The notes under the pieces were generated by a model that saw only the letters and a program-made list of their open reading frames with translations, was not told the origin of the DNA and ran no database searches. From assembly GCF_009914755.1 (NCBI RefSeq), contig NC_060936.1: 64,000 nucleotides of DNA; one strand, 5' to 3'. Source of the stretch: the human T2T-CHM13v2.0 reference genome, Homo sapiens. Each line of letters opens with the position of its first letter. Positions within the stretch are counted from its first letter, which is position 1. Of this stretch, positions 1 through 16,640 are shown piece after piece. The translations under genes and the position numbers were made by a program.

Positions 1-127
1 AGATGACTGTGTTTCCTAACCTCTCCTGCAGATGCCAGGCGGAGCGGCGACGTGACGCACGGTGGACGAGGAGCCAGGATGCCCAGCTCTGCTACCAACA
101 CAGAGTGGGAATTTGCACACCTCACAT

Positions 128-567
128 GGTGTCAGTTTCCAAATGCTGCTGTAATCAATTTCCACAAAGTGGTGGCTTAGAAAAACAGACATGTATTCGC
201 TGACAGTTCTGGAGCCCAGAAGCCTGAAACCAACGTGAGGGTTCTAGGGGAAGATCCTCATTTGCCCCCTCCCAATTTGGTAGTTCTGGGTGTTCCTTGG
301 CTTGTGGACTCATCACTCCAATCTCTGCATCTGTCTTCACATTGCTTTCCCTGCTTCTCTGTGTGTCCATTCTCTGCATGTCTAATTTGTAAGGATATGA
401 GTGATTGCATTTAGGGCCTACTTGGGTTATCCAGGGAGATCCCCTCATCTCAAGAAAATTGATCTAATCATGTCTGCAAAGACCCTTGATCCAGATAACA
501 TTCACAGGTTCTAGGGATTTGATTGGGATATCTTTGGGGTGAGGGGGGATATTTTTCAGCCTGCCAC
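128..567 (-). mobile_element. MLT1 (MaLR) LTR
   Basis: Typical MLT1 text: cagttctggag..cagaag, atcactccaatctctgc, tctgcaaagaccc, ends ttcagcctgccaca. Confidence 0.8.
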
Positions 568-2413
568 ACCCACTTCCCTTCTTCTGGCCTCTTCCAGAAA
601 ATGATGGCCCCTCTGAGCCCCGAGTTCCCCTTCAGCTTTGAAGTTCTGCAGGTGATCCTCAGACAGCCTAGCCTGCATTGCCAAGTTCACGACAATGTTA
701 TCTCAATAGAGTACCTGATATTTTTTCAAAGCACTTTCCCATCTGTTATTTTGCTTCATGCTCCTGATCACCTCTCGGGGCACACAGGGCAATTAATATT
801 AAACCCATTTAATTGATGAAACAACAGAGGCCCAAAAACTCCTAACTCACTTTCTCCTTGAGTTAGTCAGCTAATGGGAACCAGGAGCAGGCCAGGTGGT
901 TTCCCAGGGCATGCTTTTTTTTTTTCTCTCTCTCTTTCATTGTATATAGCCTTTCACCACCACAGGCTTTGTTCTGGAAGCCCAGGAAGGTGGGCAAGTC
1001 AAAGCTTGTCATGTAGATCCAAGCCCACCCTGAATCCCTGATTCATATCCCCTGGAGAGTGTGGCAGGAACTTCATTTGCACTCCCTGTGGTCCCAGGTG
1101 GCAGGTAAGCTCTCAGTCTCTGGCTGTATACTGTTAGAGACCTCTTCTTCCCGTGGGTAGCTTCCCAAGCAAGGGGGTTTTCCCAAACCTCAAGAACTGC
1201 AGGACTATCAGACATTAGCAGAATTAGATCTGCCTGGCCTCCGGGCCAAAAAAAGATTTCAATTGTTTCAGGACAGATTAAATTCAGGACTGGGAATAGG
1301 GCAGGGGAGGTCTTTTTTCGCAGTCCCACCTGCCTGTGACTTGCAGATCTGGACGAAGAATTTCCTGTCCTAACTAGGCCTCAGTTTCCCTGAAATAACA
1401 TCGATTAGGTGGGAGTGGGTGTGGGTCAGTAGGATTTCCTCTTACCCCCAGCCCTTTTCAATCTAATTCAGAAATGAGGATGAAGCCAAGTGTTTGGAGT
1501 TCTTGCGAAGAAAGATACAACAGCCACACAAGGTATTATTAACTTTATTACTTGTCAGGAAGAGGTGGGGGAAGCAGTTAAGATTCGGCTAGATGAGAGG
1601 TGAGTGTACTGCATTACAATCTCTGGAGGGTGTGGTGGGCATATGAGCTGGAAAGGACCATTATTTATTTACTACTTTTGTTAAGTGCCTGTAATGTGCT
1701 GGGTGCTATGCTGGATGTGTGTGTAACACAGACACATAAACCATTCAGGGTCAACCTTGCGTGGGTGGGAGGAGGTTAAAAGCACTTGCATCTTCTTCTC
1801 CCTGAAAACAGAAACATCTTCCTCCTTGGCCTACCATGGTGCCAGCAATCTCCAGCATTAGCGATGGCTCCTTGGGGGTAACCTGCAGAAGCTTCTTAAC
1901 TGGGTTAAGGCATCTTATTACCTTGCAGGAGTAAGGCAATCGCCAGCTCACTGATAGTACACAATGATTTCGCTCATTCCATCCACTCTTGGCCATTGGT
2001 GCAGCAGGAAGGGCCTTGGGGTCCTCCAATTTGGACAGTGGGGAGGACTTGGCCCTGGGCTGACAGATTGCTGCTTGGCAGGTTTATGGGAGCCAGGCGT
2101 CAGCATGGTGTGACGTGGGGAGGCAAGAGTCAATGCCAATGCAGGCAGCCCCCTCCCACCAAGCAAAGCGGCTTACAGACTTCGGAGAGGAAACAAAACA
2201 TCTACATGCAAATGTTGAACCAGATTTCAGAGCAAGAGAGCAACTTCAAGAGCCAAGGCAGTTCCAACTACCAGGTGTTTAATACCTTTTCAGCTTGGGT
2301 GGATCATGGATCTCTTTGAGAAACTGAGGAGACAGTCTTGGATTCTCTCTCTGTCTCTCTCTCTCTCCCCCACCTCCCCCTCTCTTGCACCTTCTTCTCC
2401 CTGCAAACAAAAT

Positions 2414-2559
2414 CAGAGTCCTGCTCTGTCACCCAGGCTGGAGTGCAGTGGTGCCACCTTGGCTGACTGCTAGCCTTGAACTCCTAGGCTCAAGTGATCC
2501 TCCTGCCTCAGCCTCCCAAAGTGTTAGAATTACATGCGTGAGCCCCCACACCTGGCCTG
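2414..2559 (-). mobile_element. Alu monomer (FLAM/AluJ-like)
   Basis: Single Alu arm. Confidence 0.8.
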
Positions 2560-3220
2560 GATCCTCTCTTTTGTAGAAAATGCACTTGCATAGCAAACAC
2601 ACACACACATACACACCTCTCACTTTTTTTAATGAAATGTCAGGGTGTCTGCTGATGCCTGAAGCACATCCGAGGGCCGCAGTGAGATATTCTTCTTTGG
2701 AAGTGCTCAACAACCCTGGGAGGTAGGTGTGGCAGGGTCTCTTTTCATACACCATAAAACAGAGACCCAGAGGCAGCTCGCAACTTGCTCAGGTCATGTA
2801 TTAGTGAGCATCAGAGGCAGGCCAGGACCCCCAATTGCACAGGTCTAGGAAGCACCATTTCATCCAAGTCTATGTTGCATGCCAAAGAGTGTCACTGACA
2901 GAGAACACAGTGAGACCACTGCTACCGCCCTGGAGTTAGGCAGTGCAGCAGCTCTAGAGGACCTCAGCCAGGGTCTTCTGATAACCATTTACAGGCATAT
3001 ATGCAAAAAGCCCCACGGGGTGACAGAGGTAAGGAGTCCTGGAGGGGGATCAGAGAGGGATGCAATTGCCGAAGACTTGGATGCCTAAGCTTGCAAATGG
3101 AAGACTATTTCTAAATCATTTATTCATTCCACAGCTTCATAGGTGGAGGTGGTTCATAGGTGGTTCCTATGTGAATTTCAGTTCCCCTTCCCCCCGACCT
3201 AGAGTAAAATCCACACTCTT

Positions 3221-3520
3221 ATTTATTTATTTATTTATTTTGAGATGGAGTTTCACTCTGTTGCCCAGGCTGGAGTACAGTGGCATCTCGGCTCCCTGCC
3301 ACGTCTGCCTCCCAGGTTCAAGCAATTCTCCTGCCTCAGCCTCCCAAGTACCTGGGATTACAGGTCACCGCCACCGCGCCAAGCTAATTTTTTGATTTAT
3401 ACTAGAGACGGGGTTTCACCAAGTTGGCCAGGATGGTCTCGAACTCCTGACCTCAAGTGATCTGTCCACCTCGGCCTCCCAAAGCGCTGGGATTACAGGC
3501 ATGAGCCACCGCACCTGGCC
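3221..3520 (-). mobile_element. AluS
   Basis: Full Alu; TSD AAAATCCACACTCTT. Confidence 0.95.
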
Positions 3521-3559
3521 AAAATCCACACTCTTCATAGCGATCTCTGTGGCTCAGCA

Positions 3560-4030
3560 GGGACCCCTCCATGCCTCTCTGTCTCTCCTCTCTCTTGCCA
3601 CTGCCTTTCTTGTTCATTACACTCCAGCAACCCTGACCTTCTGTCAGTTCCTAGCGCTTGCCAAGCTTTCCCCACCCCAGGGCCTTTGCACTTGCTGTTC
3701 CTCCTGCCTTGGAAGATTCTAGCCCTGGCTGTTCCCAGGGCTGGCTCCGTCTCATCCTTCAGCTCTCATCTTGAATGTCACTTTCTCAGAGAGATCTTCT
3801 TTGACTTTATCTAAGAATATCCCTCCACTATTCTCTAGCCATCTGTTTCTTTTTAGCACGTATAACAATCTGTAACTGTTTTATGTCTTAATTTGCTTAT
3901 GTATTTATTATCTATCTCTCCCTTGATCATAGAAAACATGGTAAAGATTGTAGCTACGGTGTCCTGTTCACCATTCTATCCCTAGCCCCTAGCACGTATT
4001 AAGGGTTCAATAATTGCAGACTGAATGACT
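3560..4030 (+). mobile_element. L2 3' fragment
   Basis: cagggcctttgcacttgctgttcc...ttcaccattctatccctagcccctagcac...tcaataa. Confidence 0.7.
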
Positions 4031-5110
4031 GAAAGGCATGTTTGGAAGCAGAAGTATTCCTCGGCCACCACTTTATCTTACTTAGTGCAGTAATGCAATC
4101 AACATTTGGCTCCTGCTGTGATGCTACCCTGATCTCAGGCTGGTGAAAGCGTGACTCTCCAAGATGAGCCATCCAAGAAACCACATAGAAAAGATCAAGG
4201 TCCCATAACTTCAGCTTGGGGAAGCAAGAACAAATGCGGCATTCCTCACTTAAGAAAGAAGAGGCTGTGATGCTTGCTAAAAAAAAAAAAAAAAACTTGT
4301 CAACTGGATCCATCATCAAAGGAAACTGCCCCATGGACAGTTTTATGACGTAGTCTGAAGCACAGGAAATGGGCGGCACGGGAGCATCGGGGGACTTTTA
4401 GAAGTTGTATTGCTTTCTTAAGAAAATGCTGCTGGCTTCTGGAACTGCAGTTTAATTAAATTCAGTTGGCTGGATACCTTCAAAGGCTGTTCCAGGTCTT
4501 CACCAGCCCTCACAGACGCAGGCATCTTCCGAGCAAATGTGTGAGCGAGAGAGCGGTGAAGCAGTCTCTGGCAAGACAAGGCAGGCATTCTCCAATCCTG
4601 GATCATCACACCCTGGCATGCGGCAGGGCAGGTGGCCAAGGACCTGAGCGTCCAGATCTTCCTCCACCCACCCCGCCCGGTCTCCATGTGTGACAATGGA
4701 GGGGAGACAATGCTGTCTTCATAGAGGTAGTGCAGAGATCAGGGCTATCAGAGGGGCCTGCAAAGGTGCACACAGACCCACTTTGGTCAATTTGTCAGCG
4801 GTGAAATCCGATGCAGGTTCTCCCAGGGTGACTCGCTGCCACCCCAGGGATGGAGTCTGCAGGTTTCTAGGGGCTGGTCCCCCAGGGAAGGAAGGTCTGA
4901 GGGCCACAGGAGCATTTTGGGAACTTGAGCTCTTCCAAACCAGTCTGTAACACAGAAGACGCTAGAAAGAACACTAACTGGGTCAGAGATGCAGTCCAGA
5001 CACCATGGGGCATTCTGATTATCTTGATAAGATGTGAGCTCAAACATAGACCCTGTCAGATGAAATGTCTCAGAAAAGGCAATTTTCTGTTCAATCTAAC
5101 TTTTAATTTA

Positions 5111-5544
<434 letters not shown>

Positions 5545-5806
5545 TCAGACTGAGCTGACCTTGGCTGTGCACCCGTGCAGAGCCCAGGACTATGCTAGGC
5601 GAGTTCACACCCTTGATCTCATTTGATTGTGTCGACAATGTTGAGAAAGAGATTTTGTTAAGCCCATCTTCCAGATGAGGAAATCGAGGCATGCCAAGGT
5701 AATTGTCACTCTCTCAAGATCACTCAGCTTGTAAGTAGCCAGAAGTATAAATTGAGATGATTTGAGATGCATTTGGCATTACTTTTTGGCAACATACTGC
5801 TATTGA

Positions 5807-6208
<402 letters not shown>

Positions 6209-6296
6209 TGACATTTATGATTGCATTTTACATATTGATGAATACATTTGTCTTGTTCCCTAATTTTGCTGCAAACTCTTCCAGAGTAGAGGCCTA

Positions 6297-6975
<679 letters not shown>

Positions 6976-7059
6976 TAGACGGTAATAACGATACTGAAAT
7001 ATTAAAAACCAACGTTGTAAAATAGTAACAGGTAAGCTTATTTATTATCCACTAAGTAG

Positions 7060-7680
<621 letters not shown>

Positions 7681-8399
7681 TTCATCGAGTGGCATTTCGC
7701 CCCAGTGTGCCCTTCTTACTAGCACCGAGGGCTGCTGAGCATCTCAGTAACCGAGCTGGGAAGGACGCGCCTTGGGTCTTAAATTTTCCATGATTGAGTG
7801 AATGGCTGCTCAGTTTTTCCATGTCATTGGGGAGGTTACGGGTATATGTCAAATTCCTGGTGGTGGCATTTGGGAATTGAGCCGTAAATGAAGGCTGGAG
7901 GGCAGAGTGGTCAAGGGCATATCACAGAGTCACAGGAGACCTAACTTCACATTCGGAACCCCCTGGCTATTTAGCTGTGTGTCCTTGGGCAGGTTAGGAA
8001 CGGGTCAGGTCTCAGCTCTGTCACCTGTGCAATGGGGCTGAAGACCCTGCTCCTGGGTTTGCTGTGAGGACTCTGCGAGATAAGAGATGGAACATGTGGA
8101 TACACCATTGGCATATGATGAGCACTCAATTTAAGGCGACTATTTGGCACCACCGCTTACTTCATTGTTTTATCTAGTACCTCTCTCCAAAGCTCGTGGA
8201 GTGCAACAGACAGCATTTGAGTTAGACCTTTGCAGATCGCTGCTGCTTTGTTCTCACTTGCAATCAGCTCACAGCTGGTAGCGTCCCCTCATGGGAGCTC
8301 TCAGAAAATTTGTCTCTTGCTCCCCATCCCCGGCCCCAACTTGAGTCATGCCCCAGGAATTTGGGAGAGGGCACCTTTAGCCAGTGGTGTGGCGATTTT

Positions 8400-8745
8400 T
8401 CCTTTCTTTCTCTTTCTCTCTTTTCTTTCTTCCTTCCTTCTCTTTTGTTCTTTTTCTCTCTTTCCTTCCCTTCCTTCCTCCCTCCCTCTTTCTTTCCTTC
8501 TTCCTTTTCTTTCTCTCTTTCTTTCTTTTCTTTTTCTTTCTTTCTCCTTCCATCCTTCTCTCTCCTTTCTCCCTTTCTTTTCCTTCCTTCTTTCCCTCCC
8601 TTCCTCTCTTTCTTTCCCTCCCTCCCTCAGTCCCTCCCCTCTATCCCTTCCCTCTTTCCCTCCCTCCCTCCCTCTCTTCCTTCCTTCCTTCCTTCTCTCT
8701 TTTTCTTTTCTTCTTTTCTCCCTTCCTTTCTTTCACCTTCTTTTT
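8400..8745. repeat. Polypyrimidine (CTTT/CCTT/CCCT) low-complexity tract
   Basis: About 345 bp almost entirely C/T. Confidence 0.95.
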
Positions 8746-9499
8746 GTAATTGTGCCGAGTTGCTGAGTGAATCATTAAGGGAGCGAATTCCAAGTGCATG
8801 AGCGTCTCTGTGTTTCCCGGGACGGGTTTGGGCCAAGACAAACCTCTGTGATGCCAACAGCAGTTGCTTGAACAGTGGAGCTCAGAGCTGGCTTCCCGGC
8901 GCCGCTTGCAGGGGCTCTGTTTGAACTTTCTCCTCTCTCTTTCTACCTGGTGATTAAAGGAGCCACATGTAACTTTCTGCTTAGTCCTCTTTCTCCTTCT
9001 TTCCCGGTGCACACCCTGGGAAAGGCTCTGCGAAGTCCCACAGTGTTTCTTTAGGAGACTGGGCGGCCCCTTGATTTATGTTCACTTGGCAACGTAAAAT
9101 TGAAATGGCCTGAGAACGCTGAATAACTGGAAAAGGGAGATGGAGAGGAGGCCTCTGGGTGTCTGATTCCATGTAGCTCATGCCTGGCCCTTCCCCCGTA
9201 GACCAGAGCCACGGACCTTGGAGTCCATGGGCAAAAGGAAAAGCAAATGAGGTGGCTGGAGTTGGAAAAAGAAGTCCAAAATTGTTCAGAGAAACTAGCA
9301 TCATCTGTTTTTTCTGGGAGCCTGACGACTTTGTATTTTTTCCTCCTTCTTCCTTTCTCCTTCTCTGTCTTTTCTCTAGGGATCGCCTACCCATTTTGGA
9401 TTTAATGCATAACCCATGGGGAAAAAGCAGAAATTTTAATCCCCAATCCGGCCCATGGTAGGGGCTCCATAAATGTTAGTTGAGTTAAATACTTTTTTA

Positions 9500-9817
<318 letters not shown>

Positions 9818-10219
9818 AGAAGTTGAAAGTCAACTTTTTTTGTTTGGTTCTGTGAAGTGTCTTGCCTGGGCCTGCAGAACCTGGGCTCATATCCCTCTGA
9901 AAGCACGGCTTGCATCCCATATAAACACTTGTGTCTGTTCTCAAATTACATTTTGAGCTATTTGAGGGCAGGGACTCTTCTTCCCTCCTTGACTCTTTCT
10001 TTCCACAAATATTTATTGAACACCTACTGTGTGCCATCATTATCTCCCTTCCACTCCACCCTAACTATTAGCATGTCTGTCTTTGAATGTTCGGGTCTCA
10101 GTGTTACATGAATAAATAAATGAATGGAAAAATGGAGTTTTAGGTGGGACTCCAGGAAGTGGACCAGGGTCTGAGGTTCTCCTGGAAGGCTTACATGTGG
10201 TTAACATCTTAGAATTGGG

Positions 10220-10530
10220 GCCAGGTGCAGCGGCTCAGGACTGTAATCCCAGTGCTTTGGGAGGTTGAGGCAGGAGGACTGCTTGAGGCAAGGAGTTTCA
10301 GACCAGCCTAGGCAACAGAGTGAGACTCTGTCCCTACAAAATTATAAAAATAAAATAAAATGAATTAGCCAGGCATGGTTATGTGTTCCTGTAGTCCCAG
10401 CTACTTGGGAGGTTGAGGTGGGAGGATGCCACGAGCCCAGGACTTCAAGGCTGCAGTGAGCTATGATAGTGCCCATGCACTCCAGCCTGTGTGACAAAGC
10501 AAGACCCTGTCTCTGGAAAAATAAAAAAAA
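10220..10530 (+). mobile_element. AluJ-like
   Basis: TSD ATCTTAGAATTGGG 10206-10219 / 10530-10543. Confidence 0.95.
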
Positions 10531-12675
10531 TCTTAGAATTGGGATGGAAGGCAACAGAGAGACAAGCTGGTCTCGGGTAGGAATAAGGACTGATAGTGAT
10601 CAGTACCAACTTGGCTGCCATTTTGCCTTATGACTGGAAGATGTAACTCTTTGGACTGCGGTTGTTCTATCCCTAAAACGAGAGCAACCTCAAGATTTCT
10701 TGCAGATTTAGAGTTCTAGGATTCTCCAGAAACATTTACCCCTAAAACCAATAAAGTCAGATCCTTCCATAAAAGAATTATGACACCACCAGATTCGTCC
10801 CCTGCACTTTCTCTTCTTGGACTGTCTCTTCTTAGTCTCCCTTGGAACTGGATTTGTCTTTTCTTGTTCAAGAATCTATACTGGCTCCCAGTTGCCTATC
10901 ATATCTAATGTGCCTTCCTCTCCTTGGCTTTCAAAAAATACACAGTCTGTGCACAGCCTACAAATCTCTCTGACATGCATCCCAGCACACAGCAGTGGAA
11001 ATCCTCCATTCCAGCGAGGCTGTTTCCTCTCTGCCCCGACTTCCCTTCAGACCTTTACATGTGGTTCCCTCATGGAGTGCCCCTTCCTGTTCCTTTTATG
11101 ATATCTCAATCCTCCTGATGTCATAAAGTTTCCAATTGGAGCCAAATTTAAGTTGGTTTTGAATAGAACATCCAAAACAAGGACTTACTCCAGGAAAAAA
11201 AAAATTTACTCATATTTCCAGACTCAAAACAAACTCTGTGATTCTCTTGGTTAATTTCCTTCCAGTCTTTTTTCTTTGGAGATCTGAGCAGAATTTTAAA
11301 GGAGGAACTCCACAACTTACATAGCCATCACCTTTGGTTGGTTGGACATGGAGGTTGCTTCTAATCTTTCACCGTAATCTACATGTCATGACGAACATCC
11401 TGTAACTAAATCTTTTTATATGTCTTTAATTATTTCCTTGGGCTAAATTCCTAACAGGTGAATCATCAGGATTAAAGGCTCTTTGATGATGGGGGTGTAG
11501 GGTTGGAGGAAGAGGAACCACGCTGTGATCTAAATCCTTCTGTGAGTCCATGGGGCACACTGAGTGAGAAAGTGACAACCTCCATCTTTTTCTTTGGGAA
11601 CTGGCCGGTTGAGTGGGTGTCCCAGCACTTTTGCATCCCTGCCTATCATTTTTCTGCCCAACATCAAGTTTCTAAGACTTCTAGAAGGTTCTTCAAAGGC
11701 AATAGGTAATGGAAAATGAACAGCCAGCATAGCTTTAGTCAGTGGCAACATTTGCCATGCAGTGGCTGAGGATTCTGGAGCTGAGACTCTGCTGAGTCTG
11801 TCCCCTCCATTATCCCCACCCCCAAACACCCCCATCCCCCACTCTTGGGTTGATGGACTATGGCACTTGGACAGACACACGTGATTGACTGTGGTATTAA
11901 GAAAATATGTATGACACAATGTTTTTTAGCTTTTTCCGGAGATATTTATATCACACAAATGGCATGTTGGTTTCTTTTTTTTTTTTCCATCTCAACCACT
12001 AAGAATGAATAAATCAATTGTCTTAATCAGGCTAATGGAGAGTGCATGGGCTAGAAACATAGGTGGGAGGGGCTCTTCATCTGAGCCTGTTGCTCCATTA
12101 GCAGGGGTAGAGGGGCCTGGCAAAGTCCCGTCATTATCTCTGGGCCTCTGTTTCCCTGTCCTTGGGATGGGCATCTGACCACTCATGACTTTGCAGGATA
12201 AAGATTGTCAGAAGCATTTGGAGTTCCTTGGAAGAAAGTAGCTGCATGAATTTTTAATCCTCTATTTTCAGCTCTTTGGAGCCGTGTGTAGGAGCAGGGC
12301 TGTAAACACAGAGAACTCACCGCTACATTCTAGTTTATAAGGTTTTTGTCTCACACAATCCCACAGACCTGACCTTAAGAACAACTCAAAATGTGGGCGA
12401 AAAGCAGTTTGTTGTGGTCGTCGTTATCACATAAAAATTAATGGCTTGGCAAACACAAGGATCATCCTGTCACGCTGAGGTCATGTTTACACCAAGCAAA
12501 TATATTTCAAGGTTCCTAGAGTTTCAGCAGCACTGCAAGGCAGAATCAACACAATTCCCAAGCAAGACTCAGAATCCGGTGCCAGATTCACCCTGGTTCC
12601 AGAGGGAGACATTAGTGAGTATTAATTCTGCAATTAGAATGCCATCCGTTTCCAAATTCCTTATGGCTGAAGCAG

Positions 12676-12972
<297 letters not shown>

Positions 12973-13117
12973 TGAAGCAGGTTTTTTAGTTCCTAACTTA
13001 TTGAGGCCTGCTAGTGCCACTGATCAGTGAAAAAAAGAAAAGGAAAATTCATAAGGTCATAGGATCCACACTTGGATCTCATTCATTGCTTATGCATTCA
13101 TTCACCAAATATTTATT

Positions 13118-13438
13118 GAAGTGGGCCAGGGCCTGAGATTCTCCCCGAGGCTTACATGTGGTTAACATCTTAGAACTGGGGCTGGGTGCGGTGGCTCAGG
13201 CCTGTAATCCCAGTGCTTTGGGAGGTTGAGGCAGGAGGACTGCTTGAGGTTAGGAGTACCAGACCAGTCTGGGCAACATAGTGAGACTCCATCTCTACAA
13301 AAAAATTAAAATAAAAATAAATTAACCAAGCATGGTCGTGTGTTCCTGTAGTCCCAGCTACTTGGGAGGCTGAGGGGGGAAGATGTTATGAGCCCCGGAG
13401 GTCAAGGCTGCAGTAGCTATGATTGTGTCACTGCACTC
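13118..13438 (+). repeat. Local duplicate of 10156-10482 (unique flank plus tailless AluJ)
   Basis: Shared AGGCTTACATGTGGTTAACATCTTAGAA flank and shared private Alu variants. Confidence 0.85.
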
Positions 13439-13802
13439 CCCAAAGTCTCTACCAGGGACTGTGCTAAGTGCTGGGGACACAGTGGGTGGCAAAAGCAGAA
13501 TGGTCCCTTCCTAGGGGAAGGCTGTAGTCAGGTCAAGAAGATGGACATTAATCAGTAATTGCAAAAGGAAATGTAAAATTACAACCAAATTCGGAGCTGT
13601 GAAAGGAAGGCTGGGGGACAGATCATTGTCAGAGGAGGATCTGAGGTAGCCTTGGGGTACAAGTGGGCAGAACCCAGTGGGAGGATGGGAAGGAGGAAGG
13701 CACTGCGTAAGCCAAGGTCCATGGTAAGACGGAGGGGCAATTTGGGGATATGAAAGTCCAGAGTAGCAAGAAGGAAGGGAAGAGAAGTATAAGATGGATC
13801 TA

Positions 13803-13842
13803 GTCTACGGCCATACCACCCTGAACTCACCCCATCTCATCT
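13803..13842 (+). pseudogene. 5S rRNA 5' fragment (tailless retropseudogene)
   Basis: GTCTACGGCCATACCACCCTGAAC equals the 5S rRNA 5' end; next 16 nt diverge mainly at CpGs; TSD AAGATGGATCTA / AAGATGGAGCTA. Confidence 0.9.
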
Positions 13843-13880
13843 AAAAGATGGAGCTAGGCACACCCACTGGGATGGCAAAC

Positions 13881-14186
13881 ATTATTATTGTTACTATTAT
13901 TTTGAGACAGAGTGTTGCTCTGTTGCCCAGGCTGGAGTGCAGTGGCACAATCTCGGCTCACTGCAATCTCCATCTCCCAGGATCAAGCAAATTCTCCTGC
14001 CTCAGCCTCCCAAGTAGCTGGGACTACAGGCACACGCTACCACGCCCAGCTAATTTTTGTATTTTTAGTAAAGACGGGGCTTCACCATATTGGTCAAGCT
14101 GGTCTCGAACTCCTGACCTCAGGCAATCCACCCCGCTTGGCCTCCCAGAGTGCTGGGATTACAGGCGTGAGCCACTGTGCCCGGCG
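13881..14186 (-). mobile_element. AluS
   Basis: Alu consensus. Confidence 0.9.
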
Positions 14187-14199
14187 CAAACTTTTTTTT

Positions 14200-15803
<1,604 letters not shown>

Positions 15804-16539
15804 TGGCGCTAGAGAGACAGTTGATACAGGGTATGGATGGTGACCATCATTGATCATCATGGCTGCTGGTGGGTAGTGGATGGGAGTGAGAACAGCATTA
15901 AGAGGAAGGCCAGTGATGAGGCGGGGACAGTGGTCCAGGAGGAAGATGCAGGTGGCCTGGACCAGGGGGCACACAGTGAGCCACGTGTGTCAGGCAAAAC
16001 CAAGAGGGCTTAGTGAGGATCTGGATGCACAATCATTCAATATAGACTCAACTCTGCCCCTCCTATTCAGCACCTGTATGCACTTATGGATGGGAGGAGA
16101 GTGTTGGAGGGAGAAAGTATATGTTCTCATAGGGATGCTGAAGAACAGGTCAGAAGACCCCTGGCTTCAAATTTTGACTTTTTCATTGCCAGATCCCGAG
16201 AGAGTAACTTCGTTTCTTTGTGCCTGTGTTCCTTCCCCTGTAAAATCAAGGCCCCAACATGCACTTCATAGGTCGTTGTGAGACGGGGACAACAGCACCT
16301 GCCCTGGCTACCTCCTAGGGCTCTTGGGAGACCCAAATGAGTTGTTAATCCTTCAAGGACAACACAGATCACGTTGCTGGGCTGATGTCATTGCTTTTGG
16401 AAAGCAGGTCCCTTGAACAGATTCTCCCAAAGCAGTGACTTTAGGAACATCTCGAAGGCGACAGATTCCAGTTGTTAAGGCTACGATGAAATAGCAGAAG
16501 ACTCTGGGAAGCAGCGTGCAACGAGTGGCAAAGGAGCCC

Positions 16540-16640
16540 CTAACGCTCTTTCTTCTGTGCTCGCCCCGCCCCCTCCGGCGTGGGCCCCGCCCCGACTAAG
16601 CCCCAGCCAGGCCCCGCCCCCGATGTTAGCGCAAGCCACG
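16540..16640 (+). promoter_or_regulatory. TATA-less GC-box promoter (three Sp/KLF sites)
   Basis: GCCCCGCCCC at 16563-16572, 16584-16593 and 16611-16620 in CpG-rich sequence immediately before the first lncRNA exon. Confidence 0.75.

Noticed and set aside
8230-8801. F/L/S/P-rich ORFs that look like membrane proteins
   Set aside because: Translation of a C/T low-complexity tract; the same applies to 61249-61901.
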